Shown: positions 33,731-44,992, counted from the stretch's first letter. The stretch: DNA of 64,000 nucleotides from Cyanobacteria bacterium P01_A01_bin.123 (GCA_039815185.1 JBCBZT010000019.1:32001-96000), one strand, 5' to 3'. A program made the numbers and translations. Notes: generated from the letters alone by a model not told the origin.

Positions 33731-34075
33731 CTAATCATCATCGTCATCGTCATCGTCATCAGAACGAGATGCCGATCTTGCTTCGCTGGGTTGCGGATTA
33801 GGTTTAGCCCCAGTTTCAAGATTTTGATTTGTATCCCAACCATCACTGGCAGAATTTCCCTGATTTGAGTATTGCCCAACTTGAGGTTCACGCCCTGGCT
33901 CATCGGGCAAAATTTCTGGCAGATCAGAAATTGAGATGGCTTGAGCTACGCTGATGGCATCTGCAGTTTGGGGCAACTGAACTTGAGGTGGGTGCTGACC
34001 CAGGATGACCAGCCCTAATATGGCTAACGCGGTTTGGAGAGTGCCTGGGGCAGTTGGTCCTGATTGAGATTCCAT
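33731..34075 (-). CDS. small, largely disordered acidic protein with a poly-Asp tail
   Basis: Short hydrophobic stretch, ends in DDDDDDDD; fills the gap in a same-strand gene run. Confidence 0.6.
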   Translation of the reverse strand: MESQSGPTAPGTLQTALAILGLVILGQHPPQVQLPQTADAISVAQAISISDLPEILPDEPGREPQVGQYSNQGNSASDGWDTNQNLETGAKPNPQPSEARSASRSDDDDDDDDD

Positions 34076-34149
34076 GCTGCTCTAAATCTCACGGTTAATT
34101 AATCCCAGAGACGGCGACCTTTAGGCGATGTTCCAAGACAGTCTTCTAT

Positions 34150-36237
34150 CTAATTTGCTTCTTCATCTAAGGTTACACGCTCTGAAATTGAAAGTTGTCC
34201 TTCGCCTAACCCAGAAGGATGCTCTCGGTAGAACTGATAGCAATAATCGCTATCCTCAAAGTCCTGTGTCTCTATTACCCCGTGGATGAGTCCTTTTTGC
34301 AGCAGCCATTGACCAACGAGGATAGCCCCCTCCCGCGTATAGTCTCGCTGTTGCATCAGCCAAGCTACGGCTGCTGAGCCGGTAAAGCAGGTGGGCGCTG
34401 GGTCAGATTGATCATCATCATGCTCGGAGACTGGCTCGCCCAGATCAGTGCGCATTTCTACCCCTCGTCCCCCCTGCATTGCTTCAGTCAGCGCTTCTAA
34501 ATCAAGATTTGACCATAAACCAGTGGCTGGGGATAGGGTTTGTTTTTGTACTTCGGTGGGTTGCGTGAGCGGAACAGGTGTTGACGGATGGGATGGCTCA
34601 GGGGATGAGGGGCGGGCTGGAACAGTTGATATTCCAGGTACTCGCTGCTTTAAAAGACCCACAAGCTCATCTAATTGGGGCGATCGCAAATGTAAATCCC
34701 GTTGGGGAAAGGGAATCTCAATGCCATGATGGCGGAGGCTGGTCTCAATTTCATAGTTCAAATCGCTCCTAACGCGAAATTGCTTGCGCGGCTCCCCAGT
34801 CCAGACCATCACTTCAAAATTGAGGGCACTTTCTCCAAAACCCTGAAACCAGACCTCTGGTTTAGGACGTAGCAAGACTTCGGGATGCCGCTTGATCGCC
34901 TCTAGCAGGGCTGTTTTAACCCGTGCAATATCAGAGCCATAGGCCACGCCAACGGGAACTCGCAAACGAGATACTGGATTACCGTGGCTCCAGTTAATCA
35001 CTTCACTCTCCAAAAAACGAGAATTGGGAATGATGATGGTGACCTGATCGAGGGTGCGAATTTCCGTGCTGCGGGCGCCGACTCGGGCAACGGTGCCCAC
35101 TAAGTCCCCGACATTGACAAAATCCCCAACTTGAATCGGTCGTTCGAGCGTAATGATAAAGCCGCTGATAAAGTTGTTGGTAATATTCTGCACCCCAAAC
35201 CCAATTCCCACCCCTAGCACGCTGGCAACAATGGCCAATGAGCTGGCATCAATGCCCCAGATTTGCAGCAGGACAATCGCCCCTAAAAAGATCAGGGCGT
35301 ACTGGATTAAAACGCTGAGAATATCTTGAATCCGCTGATCTAGTCTGGCTCGACTCAGGACATATCGCCGAAAGAATTGCGCGATCGCTTGGGCAACAAA
35401 CCACAGCCCAACAGTCAGGCCCAGCAAAAGCAACAGTTCTAGAGCAGAATATTGACCCCGCCCCAAATCGATAATGTCGGCGGTGAGAAAGTTGAAAATG
35501 GTGTAGCGCCAACTGCGGGCCTGGGGAAAAATATCCGTGATGTAAAGAACAACAATCAGCCACAGCCCAACGTTGAACCCTAGCAAGGCAAGTTGCCAGA
35601 ACAGTTTGAGCGGTTTTTCCCATGTGGTGGATGGGTTAGTGGTGTATTCAAACCATCGGTTCAGATATCGAGTCCCGAAACGCCCCCCAACCCGAAGCAT
35701 GAGGTGAATCGCGATCGCGCCCCCCAGCAGAATTAAGCTATAGAGCGTTGCTTGACGGAGATAGTCCGGGCTTCGTTCGAGCTGTCCCCGGCGTAGCGCT
35801 TGCTCAAGGTCTTCGGCCCAAAGTCGTGCCTGCCGATTGGGCTGACGTCCAGGCGTAAGCACATCGGCTTGGGTAATGGTAACCAGAATCTCTTCACTAT
35901 GCTGACTCTGGAGATAGACCAGATTATCGGTTTGAACAGCCTCAATCACGGCCAGATCAGGTCTTCGCACCTCCTGCCTGAGCTCAGCATTAATCGTGTA
36001 GGCTCGTTCAGTTGCGGTGAGCTCGTCGATGCCTCTGACCTTGAAGACCACCCGACCATCCACTACGATCGGTGCCTCGCCACCAGAATTGAGCGGCGTA
36101 AGCTGGGCTTGGGCAGATTGAGACCATACCCCCCAGACCAACACCAACAGCAATAAGCCCAACCCAACCCATTGCCATAGCTTGCGTAGCGGGGGTCTAA
36201 CCCTAAATCGTCGTTGTGATAGTCTCAACTGCCCCAA
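34150..36237 (-). CDS. MscS family mechanosensitive channel with a periplasmic N-terminal domain and a C-terminal DEP-like domain
   Basis: GVGIGFGVQ, ERPIQVGD, IPNS, VGVAYGSD, IPFPQRD; C-terminal CFTGSAAVAWL...REGAILVGQWLLQKGLIH...FEDSDYCYQF. Confidence 0.92.
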   Translation of the reverse strand: MGQLRLSQRRFRVRPPLRKLWQWVGLGLLLLVLVWGVWSQSAQAQLTPLNSGGEAPIVVDGRVVFKVRGIDELTATERAYTINAELRQEVRRPDLAVIEAVQTDNLVYLQSQHSEEILVTITQADVLTPGRQPNRQARLWAEDLEQALRRGQLERSPDYLRQATLYSLILLGGAIAIHLMLRVGGRFGTRYLNRWFEYTTNPSTTWEKPLKLFWQLALLGFNVGLWLIVVLYITDIFPQARSWRYTIFNFLTADIIDLGRGQYSALELLLLLGLTVGLWFVAQAIAQFFRRYVLSRARLDQRIQDILSVLIQYALIFLGAIVLLQIWGIDASSLAIVASVLGVGIGFGVQNITNNFISGFIITLERPIQVGDFVNVGDLVGTVARVGARSTEIRTLDQVTIIIPNSRFLESEVINWSHGNPVSRLRVPVGVAYGSDIARVKTALLEAIKRHPEVLLRPKPEVWFQGFGESALNFEVMVWTGEPRKQFRVRSDLNYEIETSLRHHGIEIPFPQRDLHLRSPQLDELVGLLKQRVPGISTVPARPSSPEPSHPSTPVPLTQPTEVQKQTLSPATGLWSNLDLEALTEAMQGGRGVEMRTDLGEPVSEHDDDQSDPAPTCFTGSAAVAWLMQQRDYTREGAILVGQWLLQKGLIHGVIETQDFEDSDYCYQFYREHPSGLGEGQLSISERVTLDEEAN

Positions 36238-36805
36238 CCCCTATGCCAGAGATGTCTAAAGACGATTCTGAAGATGCCGGATCAAGGGTGGGCCGAGCTT
36301 GATTGAGCAATGTTCGTGCGGCTACCCAGATGCCCACGCCGATTAGCAATAGGATGACACCCCCCACTAACCAGATCAAGATAGCACTGGGATTTGCCTC
36401 CCCTTCAGCTTTAACAAGGTGGCTGTGATCACGATTTAATTCTGTGGTGATGGTATCGCCCTCGTTCACAATGGCTGCCGTAATTTTGAACGGGCCAATT
36501 CTGAGCGTATCTTTCGGGGTGAAAACTTGTCCATCTTGTCGAACCAGTCGACCATTGAGGAACGTGCCATTAGCACTTTTGTCGGCGACATGAAGTTGTC
36601 GATTGACGATGTTAATAAAGGCATGGTGCCGAGAAACCTGCTTATGATCCAATTCCAAATGAGATACGGTTTGGGATCCCCATTGTGTCGGCATTTTGGC
36701 CGCCTCCCGGCCGATGGCAATGGGGACTTGCAGTGAGGAATAATGGGATTTTCCCGTGATGGGATCTTCCCAGTTGAGTTGGACAACAACGGGCCCACCT
36801 GACAT
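36203..36805 (-). CDS. FHA domain membrane protein
   Basis: IGR, VSRHHA, SANGTFLNG; C-terminal TM helix. Confidence 0.92.
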   Translation of the reverse strand: MSGGPVVVQLNWEDPITGKSHYSSLQVPIAIGREAAKMPTQWGSQTVSHLELDHKQVSRHHAFINIVNRQLHVADKSANGTFLNGRLVRQDGQVFTPKDTLRIGPFKITAAIVNEGDTITTELNRDHSHLVKAEGEANPSAILIWLVGGVILLLIGVGIWVAARTLLNQARPTLDPASSESSLDISGIGVGAVETITTTI

Positions 36806-36817
36806 AGGGACTCCTAC

Positions 36818-36988
36818 TAAACTCGTCTACATCCAAATGCCTAGCGCTTCTAAGCTTATAACAGTAGCTAAAGCTTTGTAGCTACTGCGAGCCAGATTGC
36901 TTGTATACTGAGCATCTCAGCGGTGCTCGGTGCGTTAAGCAATCTGGCCAGCGCTATAAAACTCAAGCTTTCAAATTGGATGTGGTTT
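36818..36988 (+). repeat. family A repeat split by a family B element
   Basis: TAAACTCGTCTACATCCAAATGCCTAGCGCTTCTAAGCT | AAAACTCAAGCTTTCAAATTGGATGTGGTTT. Confidence 0.8.
36857..36958 (+). mobile_element. family B ~105-bp structured MITE-like element, copy 1
   Basis: Homologous to the 50786 and 57797 copies; TATA(A/G)C...CGCTATA ends; GCCAGATTGCTT/AAGCAATCTGGC stem. Confidence 0.85.
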
Positions 36989-37108
36989 ACAACCGAACAC
37001 AGGAACGCTTCATTCAGACTTTAACCCAACCGTTGTCGAAATCGCTAAGCTGGCTTGCGGTGTTACGAGCTTGAACCCCATGGAACTACTGTCCAAGACA
37101 ACGGATCG

Positions 37109-38242
37109 TTAGTTGCGAACAATGGGTAGGGCTAGCTTTACCACTGTCTGTTGTTGATAGACGCTCGTAATCGAGAAGCGTCCTCCGGCGAGTTCAACAA
37201 TTTTCTCGACAAGTTTTAAGCCCATGCCCGCCCCCTGCTGCTCATAGGTCTTACGCTCAAATTGCATAAAGGCACCAATTTTAGCAATTTGCTCTGTTGT
37301 CATGCCCCGCCCTAAGTCATGGATCGAGACCGTCAGCATTTCTCCCACAACTTGACTACTCACCTTGATGGGGGTCTGCGGGGGAGAAAATTTCAGGGCA
37401 TTATCAATTAACTCGTAGAGAACGACTGAGAGATAGCGTTTGGATATGGACACTTCGGCAGTTTCAATATCGAAGCGCAGGTCACTGCCACGGTTGACGC
37501 TTTGAGCATGGGCTCTTAAGTCAGCTGCCAGCGCAGCACTTAAAAATTCAGTCTGGGCCGCTGCAATGGGTTGCTGTCGACTGTCGGCTAGTTCTAATTC
37601 TAAATAAACGAGGAATTTTTTCGTTAAGCTGTCCAATCGATGGGCAGATAGATCAGCCAAAGCTAACATCTCATGGATTTCGGCAGTATCCATGTCTTCG
37701 AGATTCGCCTTGAGCAGCCCAAGCACACCCAAAATACCATTGAGGGGTGTATTCAGTTCATGGGCCAGCTTAGAGGCGACGTTACCATTTAGTTCGTTCA
37801 GAGTGCCTTCCAAGACTGTGATCGTTTCTTTTCGGAGGTGGGACAGGCTTTGAATGTAGTCATATTGTTGTTTGATCCGGAGCATTGAATGCATCCGGGC
37901 CCGCAGCTCAACTGCACTAACGGGCTTACTAATGAAGTCGTCTGCGCCGGTGGTCAGGCAATGGGCGAGATCTGCTTTAGCACTGAGTGCGGTTACCATA
38001 ATGATCGGAACAGCTTGCCACTTTGGCATAGCTTTGATCTGCCGACAAACTTCGATGCCATCTATGCCAGGCATCATCACATCCAACAAAATGAGATCGG
38101 GCTGAAAGGTTTCGAGAGCATCAATTGCCTCTTGTCCATTGGCTGAGTAATGCAACTGATATGCTTGGGTGCTCAATAGGGTTTCAATCACATCAAAGTT
38201 ATCAGGTTCGTCGTCAACGATTAATATGGATGGGTTTTTCAT
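37109..38242 (-). CDS. hybrid response regulator / histidine kinase (REC-HisKA-HATPase)
   Basis: ILIVDD, DLILLDVMMP, AHELNTP, NALKFS, GAGMGL. Confidence 0.93.
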   Translation of the reverse strand: MKNPSILIVDDEPDNFDVIETLLSTQAYQLHYSANGQEAIDALETFQPDLILLDVMMPGIDGIEVCRQIKAMPKWQAVPIIMVTALSAKADLAHCLTTGADDFISKPVSAVELRARMHSMLRIKQQYDYIQSLSHLRKETITVLEGTLNELNGNVASKLAHELNTPLNGILGVLGLLKANLEDMDTAEIHEMLALADLSAHRLDSLTKKFLVYLELELADSRQQPIAAAQTEFLSAALAADLRAHAQSVNRGSDLRFDIETAEVSISKRYLSVVLYELIDNALKFSPPQTPIKVSSQVVGEMLTVSIHDLGRGMTTEQIAKIGAFMQFERKTYEQQGAGMGLKLVEKIVELAGGRFSITSVYQQQTVVKLALPIVRN

Positions 38243-38245
38243 CGG

Positions 38246-41200
38246 TTATTTTGATGGTGAATATAGAAACTGCTGAATAGTATTGACCAATTTTCTCAAC
38301 TTGACAGGTTTGCTGAGATAATCATTAGCTCCGGCAGCGAGGCAACGATCGCGATCGCTCGTCATAGCTGGCGCAGTGAGCGCGATGATGGGCACATTGG
38401 CTAAGGTTGAATTGCAGCGAATTCGATGGATGGTTTCCAGCCCATCTATGCCCGGTATTTGAATATCCATCACAATCAAATCAGGGATTTTAGCCTGGGC
38501 TACGGTGATTGCCTCCGCTCCATTTTTGGCCAAAAGAATGCGATAGCCTTTGGCTCGCAGGTAGCTTGAAACCGTATTGATATAGGCTGCGTTATCTTCG
38601 ATCAGCAAAATGGAGGGGGATGCTATGGGGGCGAGTTGACTCGGTTCGAGACTGGATTCACCTTGGGGAAATGATTCAAGGGTGGATAGGGGGATGTCTT
38701 CACAGGGCAGATCAATCGTAAAATGGCTACCGCCCCCTACTTGACTGGTTAGGCCGACCTGACCGCCATGGCATTCGACAATACGTTTGACTAGAGCAAG
38801 TCCCAAGCCTGTCCCCTCATAGTTCCGATTTAAGGCGCTATCGATTTGGATAAAGGGCTGAAAAAGTTTGTTGATATCGTCTGGGGCAATGCCAATGCCG
38901 GTATCAATGACAGCGATTCGCAGGTAGTTTTGGGATAGGGAATCAGCAGCATCTGAGTTAGCTGAGGGCTGGGGGCGGCTGACTGCTAGTGTGATGCGTC
39001 CCCCCTCGGGCGTAAATTTAACTGCATTATTGAGGAGGTTGATCAATACCTGGATAATGCGGCGTTCATCCACCCACAAATCGGGCAGATGAGGTGGTAG
39101 TTCAGTCTCAACCCGGATACGTTTTTTCAGGGCTTGTCGGGTAATAAACGCCAGACCAGATTGACAAAGGGAAGCGACGTCTGTGGCGGTACGGTTTAAA
39201 TCCATCTGCCCTGATTCAATTTTGGCGACATCAAGAATGTCATTAATCAGCGCTAACAGATGGGAGCCACTGTGTTTAATGGCTTGTAGGGCTTTGTGTT
39301 GATCGGTATTAAGGTCACCAAAGATAGCCTCTTGTAACCCCTCAGTCATACCCAAGATGGTGTTGAGCGGGGTCCGGAGTTCATGGCTCATATTAGCCAG
39401 AAATTCATCCTTAAGACGGGTGGCGCGGGCGAGTTCTTCGTTGGTGATGGCCAATTGTTGGTTGCGTTCGGTGAGTTGTTGTTGGGTCTTGTGTCGTTCG
39501 GTAATATCGCGAAAAATGCCCTGAATAATTGACGTGTCTCCAATGTTGACGATTGTTGCGGTGATATCAACTCGTATAACCTGACCATCTTGACGCATAA
39601 GCCGAGCATTTAATGTTTGAGTCTGCGTACCAGCAACAACTTCCAAAAAAGTCGCATTGAAGCGCTCTAAATCTTCTGCTGTGCACAATTGAGATTGATT
39701 CATTTGGGTCAATTGTTCGCGAGAGTAGCCCAGTAATTCCTCCGCTTTACGATTCACTTCCAATAAATTACCCTGTAAATCTGCGACCAAAATGGCATCA
39801 CTGGCTTTATCCCTCAGAGCCCGATAGCGGGCTTCTCGCTCTTGCAGGGCAGCTGTGCGTTCTGCCACTTTGGTTTCTAACCCTTGATTGAGCTGCTGGA
39901 GTTGTTTCTCAGCTTGTTTACGATCGCTAATGTCTGTAATCGTGCCTAAATAGCCGATCAAGTGCCCATGGGTATTCCATTCGGCAATGAACTGCCCATA
40001 GACCCAGGTAACCACACCGTCAGCCCGTCGAAAGCGATATTCAAGCTGGAAGGGATGCCTTCCCTGGACAGATTGAGCCCATTCGGTGGCGACCGAGTCC
40101 CGATCATCTGGGTGCAGGCCTTGTTGCCACCCCTCTCCAACAGAAGAGTCTGGAGTCAGGCCAGTGATCTGACTCCAGCGCTCGTTAACATAGATGCACT
40201 GCCCTGAAGCATTGGTGCGAAAAATGCCCACGGGAGCCGCAGCCGCTAGAGACGCGTAGCGTTGTTCACTTTCTCGCAGGCGGGCTTCTGCTTGTCGGCG
40301 CTCGCTCAGTTCTAGCTGCAATTGCTCGTGGGTGATGGCTTGCTGGAGGGCGATCGCCAGTTGTAGTGATAGCGCTTGTAGCAGCTCTATTTCTGCGGGG
40401 TGCCAATTGCGAGCCTGCTGGCTCTCAGTTGCGTTGAGCAGACCCCATAATTCAGTGCCACACATGAGGGGCACCAAAATTTTGGATCGGGTCTGCAGGC
40501 GAATCAGCAACGCCCGATGATCGGCTGACAGCTCAACCGTATCAATATCTGGCACCACCTGAATTCTGCCCTGGTGATAAATCTCAGTTGGTTCTTGCTT
40601 GAACCAAGCGTTGTCGATCCGTTCTCCAACTAGGGATACAGGTAAGTCAGTGGACTCTGCCACGACGATCGCATGCCAATCGGTTTCAAATCGCCATATA
40701 TTGACGCGATCGCAGCCCAGCACGTGTCGTACCTGCGCCACTGTCGTCTCCAAAATGGTATGCAGGCTGAGGGAGGATCGGATTTGTGTGGACAGTTCTG
40801 TGAGTAATTTCTCCCGTTCCGCTCTAGCCTTAAGCTCGGCGGTTCGGACTTCCACCTGATGCCTGAGTTCAACAGTTTGATTTTCCAGCAGGGTCACCTT
40901 CTCTGCCTCTAGGCGCCGTACCTTTTTTCCTAACCCCTGTGCCAAATCGTATAGACGAACAGGGTCGAGGGCTTGTCGCAAACTGTCATAGGTCACCATT
41001 CCCAAGAGATGGTTTTGCTTGTCCAAGATAGGTAAGTGGTGAATCTGGTGGTGGTGTAAAAGGTCAATAGCCAACAATAAGTCGGTGAAGGTAGGCTCAC
41101 GTAAGGTAATCACGGGATGCGTCATTACCTGGTGTATCGCCAAGCCATTGAGGGGGATTTGTTGGACACCCAACTGGACTACATCTTGCTCGGTTAGAAG

Positions 41201-41461
41201 GCCAACCAACTGCTCGTCTTCAACCACCAATACACAACTTGATTGCGCTGCTAGGCAGCGGCTTGCCAATGGCTCCGCCGCTGTTGGGGAAGGGATAGGG
41301 TGGGGGTGAGCACCATTGGCAGACATGCAACCGGACAAACGCACCTCACTCATTTTGGCGATCGCAGCCATCACAGTTGTCTCCGGCGAAACGATCAAGG
41401 GTCTGCGAATAATTGCAGACTTCAACGAGATAGGGGCCAAAGCCGTGATGTGAGGGAACAT
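38246..41461 (-). CDS. hybrid sensor kinase (CBS-GAF-PAS-PAS-HisKA-HATPase-REC)
   Basis: CBS pair, GAF (CDRVNIWRF), two PAS/PAC, MSHELRTP, NAVKFT, GTGLGL, C-terminal receiver. Confidence 0.95.
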   Translation of the reverse strand: MFPHITALAPISLKSAIIRRPLIVSPETTVMAAIAKMSEVRLSGCMSANGAHPHPIPSPTAAEPLASRCLAAQSSCVLVVEDEQLVGLLTEQDVVQLGVQQIPLNGLAIHQVMTHPVITLREPTFTDLLLAIDLLHHHQIHHLPILDKQNHLLGMVTYDSLRQALDPVRLYDLAQGLGKKVRRLEAEKVTLLENQTVELRHQVEVRTAELKARAEREKLLTELSTQIRSSLSLHTILETTVAQVRHVLGCDRVNIWRFETDWHAIVVAESTDLPVSLVGERIDNAWFKQEPTEIYHQGRIQVVPDIDTVELSADHRALLIRLQTRSKILVPLMCGTELWGLLNATESQQARNWHPAEIELLQALSLQLAIALQQAITHEQLQLELSERRQAEARLRESEQRYASLAAAAPVGIFRTNASGQCIYVNERWSQITGLTPDSSVGEGWQQGLHPDDRDSVATEWAQSVQGRHPFQLEYRFRRADGVVTWVYGQFIAEWNTHGHLIGYLGTITDISDRKQAEKQLQQLNQGLETKVAERTAALQEREARYRALRDKASDAILVADLQGNLLEVNRKAEELLGYSREQLTQMNQSQLCTAEDLERFNATFLEVVAGTQTQTLNARLMRQDGQVIRVDITATIVNIGDTSIIQGIFRDITERHKTQQQLTERNQQLAITNEELARATRLKDEFLANMSHELRTPLNTILGMTEGLQEAIFGDLNTDQHKALQAIKHSGSHLLALINDILDVAKIESGQMDLNRTATDVASLCQSGLAFITRQALKKRIRVETELPPHLPDLWVDERRIIQVLINLLNNAVKFTPEGGRITLAVSRPQPSANSDAADSLSQNYLRIAVIDTGIGIAPDDINKLFQPFIQIDSALNRNYEGTGLGLALVKRIVECHGGQVGLTSQVGGGSHFTIDLPCEDIPLSTLESFPQGESSLEPSQLAPIASPSILLIEDNAAYINTVSSYLRAKGYRILLAKNGAEAITVAQAKIPDLIVMDIQIPGIDGLETIHRIRCNSTLANVPIIALTAPAMTSDRDRCLAAGANDYLSKPVKLRKLVNTIQQFLYSPSK

Positions 41462-41549
41462 GGCTTCACACTGATTTATATTGTTTGAATTCCCTGAATC
41501 AATCCAGAAATCACGTCAACTGCGAATGTCAATGCAACGGTATCTATAC

Positions 41550-41581
41550 AAAAGAGAAAAGGACGCATCATCTGCGTCCTT
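41550..41581 (-). terminator. rho-independent terminator of clpC
   Basis: AAGGACGCA...TGCGTCCTT with a T-rich tail on the minus strand. Confidence 0.75.
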
Positions 41582-41633
41582 CTCCCTTTCAAGAAAGTTA
41601 GATTAGCTACTAAAGGGGGCGTGCCCTTTTACC

Positions 41634-44108
41634 CTAATCAGCTGCCTGAGAGATTAACTCACGAGGCTGCGTCGATGATGATTTAACGATCACTTTGCCA
41701 GTATCATCAACATCGACAATTGCCGTGTTGCCATCCTTGATACGACCCGACAGAATCTCTTCTGCCAAGCTGTCTTCCAACAGACGCATAATCGCGCGAC
41801 GCAACGGGCGAGCACCATAACTGGGGTTATAGCCTTCTTCAACCAACCGATCCTTGAATTTCTCGGTCACTTCCAAAGTGATACCCTGTTCCGTTAGGCG
41901 ACTAAAGACTTCCTTCAGTAAGATGTCGGAGATTTGCTTCACCTCGTCCTTCGTCAACTGGCGGAAGACGATGATCTCGTCAAGGCGATTCAGGAATTCA
42001 GGGCGGAAGTACTGCTTCAGCTCTTCGTTGACCAAAGAGCGGATGCGATTGTACTGAGATTCGGCTTGGTCTTGCTCAAACTCGAAGCCAAGACCGCCGC
42101 CACCCTTCTCAATCACTTTAGACCCGATATTGGAGGTCATGATTAGCAGGGTGTTCTTGAAGTCCACTGTGCGCCCTTTAGCATCGGTCAAGCGACCATC
42201 TTCCAGGATTTGCAGCAGCATATTGAAGACATCGGGGTGGGCCTTTTCGATTTCATCGAAGAGCACCACAGTATAAGGCCGACGGCGTACCGCTTCGGTG
42301 AGCTGACCGCCTTCGTTATACCCGACATAACCCGGAGGCGAACCAATCAGCTTGGAAACCGTATGGCGCTCCATGAATTCTGACATATCAAGCCGAATCA
42401 TGGCTTCTTCAGCACCAAAGAAGTAGGTCGCCAAAGATTTTGCCAGTTCTGTTTTACCGACCCCAGTTGGCCCGGAGAAGACAAAGCTAGCAATGGGACG
42501 GTTGGGGCTCTTCAGACCCACCCGGGCCCGGCGGATCGCGCGGGAAATAGCCCGTACAGCTTCGTCTTGACCCACTAGCCGCTGGTGCAGGGTGTCTTCC
42601 ATGTGCAGCAGCTTTTCAGATTCGGATTCGGTCAGTTTATTGACCGGCACCCCCGTCCAAGACGCCACAATATGAGCGATGTCTTCTTCGCCTACGATAG
42701 GAGAATCATTTCCGTCGCCCTCTTCAGTCTTCTTAGACTGGGCGATCGCACGAATCTCAGCCTTGATTTCCATTTCGCGATCGCGTAGTTCACCGGCTTG
42801 ATCAAAGTTTTGAGACCGTACGGCGTTGTCCTTATCTTTAAGCACCTGCCGCAGTTCCTTATCCAGTTCCTTTGCGGCGGGTGGTAGCTGGGAGTTGATC
42901 AACCGCACCCGTGACCCAGCTTCATCGATCAAATCAATGGCTTTATCGGGCAGGTAACGGTCAGAGATATAGCGATCAGAGAGCTTGGCTGCAGCGAGCA
43001 GCGCCTCATCAGAAATCTTCAACTTATGATGTTGCTCATAGCGATCGCGCAATCCATGCAAAATCTCAATCGTCTCATCAACACTGGGTTCGCCCACCAT
43101 CACGGGTTGGAAACGCCGCTCCAAAGCCGCATCGCGCTCAATATGTTTGCGATATTCATCTAAGGTAGTGGCCCCAATACACTGGAGCTCACCCCGCGCC
43201 AAGGCAGGCTTGAGAATATTTGCCGCGTCAATAGCCCCTTCAGCTGCGCCAGCCCCAATTAAGGTATGAACCTCATCAATCACCAGGATGACATTCGCCG
43301 CAGAGCGAATTTCATCCATGATCTTCTTCAGACGCTCTTCAAATTCGCCGCGATACTTAGTACCTGCCACCAGCAGACCAATATCGAGGGTAACTACGCG
43401 CTTTTCTTCTAAGATGTCGGGGATATCGCCGTTGGTGATCCGTTGGGCCAATCCTTCTGCGATCGCGGTTTTACCGACACCGGGCTCCCCGATCAAAACC
43501 GGGTTATTTTTAGTCCGGCGACCCAAAATTTGGATCACCCGCTCAATCTCCTTCTGTCGACCGACAACAGGATCCAACTTGCCCTCGGCGGCCATCTGAG
43601 TCAAGTTCGAGCCAAATTCGTCTAGGGTTGGAGTTTTGGTTCGGCCTTGGCTGCCCCCGGTAGACACTTCGGCAGTTTCCCCAAGCATACGAATCACTTG
43701 GGTTCGAACCTTAGAAAGATCCACACCAAGATTTTCTAATACCCGAGCGGCAACCCCCTCGCCTTCGCGAATTAAACCCAGCAAGAGGTGCTCAGTACCA
43801 ATATAGTTGTGCCCGAGCTGCCGAGCCTCCTCCAAGGAAAGCTCCAGAACCCTCTTAGCACGGGGGGTAAAGGGAATCTCAACGGCGACGAAGCCAGACC
43901 CTCGACCGATGATTTTTTCGACCTCAATCCGAGCGTCCTTAAGATTGACGCCCATGGATTTCAGCACTTTGGCGGCGACGCCGGTCCCTTCTCCAATGAG
44001 TCCTAGCAAGATTTGCTCAGTACCCACGAAGTTGTGCCCTAAACGGCGTGCCTCTTCCTGGGCGAGCATAATAACTTTGATAGCTTTTTCTGTGAAGCGT
44101 TCAAACAT
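41634..44108 (-). CDS. clpC: ATP-dependent Clp protease ATP-binding subunit ClpC
   Basis: [22 protein letters not shown]; two AAA+ modules ([16 protein letters not shown]). Confidence 0.98.
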   Translation of the reverse strand: MFERFTEKAIKVIMLAQEEARRLGHNFVGTEQILLGLIGEGTGVAAKVLKSMGVNLKDARIEVEKIIGRGSGFVAVEIPFTPRAKRVLELSLEEARQLGHNYIGTEHLLLGLIREGEGVAARVLENLGVDLSKVRTQVIRMLGETAEVSTGGSQGRTKTPTLDEFGSNLTQMAAEGKLDPVVGRQKEIERVIQILGRRTKNNPVLIGEPGVGKTAIAEGLAQRITNGDIPDILEEKRVVTLDIGLLVAGTKYRGEFEERLKKIMDEIRSAANVILVIDEVHTLIGAGAAEGAIDAANILKPALARGELQCIGATTLDEYRKHIERDAALERRFQPVMVGEPSVDETIEILHGLRDRYEQHHKLKISDEALLAAAKLSDRYISDRYLPDKAIDLIDEAGSRVRLINSQLPPAAKELDKELRQVLKDKDNAVRSQNFDQAGELRDREMEIKAEIRAIAQSKKTEEGDGNDSPIVGEEDIAHIVASWTGVPVNKLTESESEKLLHMEDTLHQRLVGQDEAVRAISRAIRRARVGLKSPNRPIASFVFSGPTGVGKTELAKSLATYFFGAEEAMIRLDMSEFMERHTVSKLIGSPPGYVGYNEGGQLTEAVRRRPYTVVLFDEIEKAHPDVFNMLLQILEDGRLTDAKGRTVDFKNTLLIMTSNIGSKVIEKGGGGLGFEFEQDQAESQYNRIRSLVNEELKQYFRPEFLNRLDEIIVFRQLTKDEVKQISDILLKEVFSRLTEQGITLEVTEKFKDRLVEEGYNPSYGARPLRRAIMRLLEDSLAEEILSGRIKDGNTAIVDVDDTGKVIVKSSSTQPRELISQAAD

Positions 44109-44316
44109 GGCGTTTATCCGTCACCTGCGTGTGCTGGTTAAGCAGATTCTAACACAGGAAAAAAGCGCGACTGTGCCACAGCCAACAGCTTTGAGGGGCG
44201 GGTTGCCGTAATTGTGAATGGTGTTTTCAAATGACAAGCTGGCAACAAAAACTGACAAAAAAATGGAACAAACTGCAAAACATAAACAATTCTTTATGAT
44301 TGAATACGTTAATTTA

Positions 44317-44928
44317 CTATTTCGCGTCTATCAGCTGCCATCCTTGCTGGGATAGGCGACTACTTAACAGCTGTTGCCATTGTTGCAAATCTGCTAAAAA
44401 GGCTTCCTGGTGGAGGCCACCTCGCCAAAGAATTAGGGCATCTTCGCCATCGGGGTAGTAACGACGGCGACGACCCACCGTTTGAAACTTAAACCGCTCA
44501 TAGAGCTTTAGAGCCGGTTGATTGCTCTCACGGACTTCTAGGGTGGCACGTTCTAACCCCTGCTGGTGAGCTTTGTGCAATAGATCCCAAAGGAGTAAAC
44601 GCCCTAGCCCCTGTCCTTGATAAGGCGGAGCAATGCCCACTAAAGTAATGTGGGCTTCTTCTAAAATCATCCAAAAGCAGCCGATGCCAATGACGAGTGC
44701 CGGAGTAACCGTGTAAGCAGAGGCAGATTCCAACGCAGGGGATATTGTTGGCGATAGTCCCTGATTAGGGCTACTGACTTGAATCAGGAGCGTAAATTGG
44801 CTGTTGGGACTCGCTAACTCTCGTCGATAGCCTGCCTCTGACCAAAAGCCTCCAAAACACTGTTGGTCAAGGGTCAAAACTGACGGGATCAGTGCCGACG
44901 TTAGGGGCAATCGCTGCAAGTATCTCAC
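44317..44928 (-). CDS. rimI: ribosomal protein S18-alanine N-acetyltransferase
   Basis: ILEEAHIT, QGQGLG, ATLEVRESN, GRRRRYY..GEDA; GTG start inferred. Confidence 0.88.
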   Translation of the reverse strand: MRYLQRLPLTSALIPSVLTLDQQCFGGFWSEAGYRRELASPNSQFTLLIQVSSPNQGLSPTISPALESASAYTVTPALVIGIGCFWMILEEAHITLVGIAPPYQGQGLGRLLLWDLLHKAHQQGLERATLEVRESNQPALKLYERFKFQTVGRRRRYYPDGEDALILWRGGLHQEAFLADLQQWQQLLSSRLSQQGWQLIDAK

Positions 44929-44992
44929 CCAATATCCATCCCGGCACTCACCATTTCTTAGCATAAGAATCAGAGCCCCGATCGTACAATAA

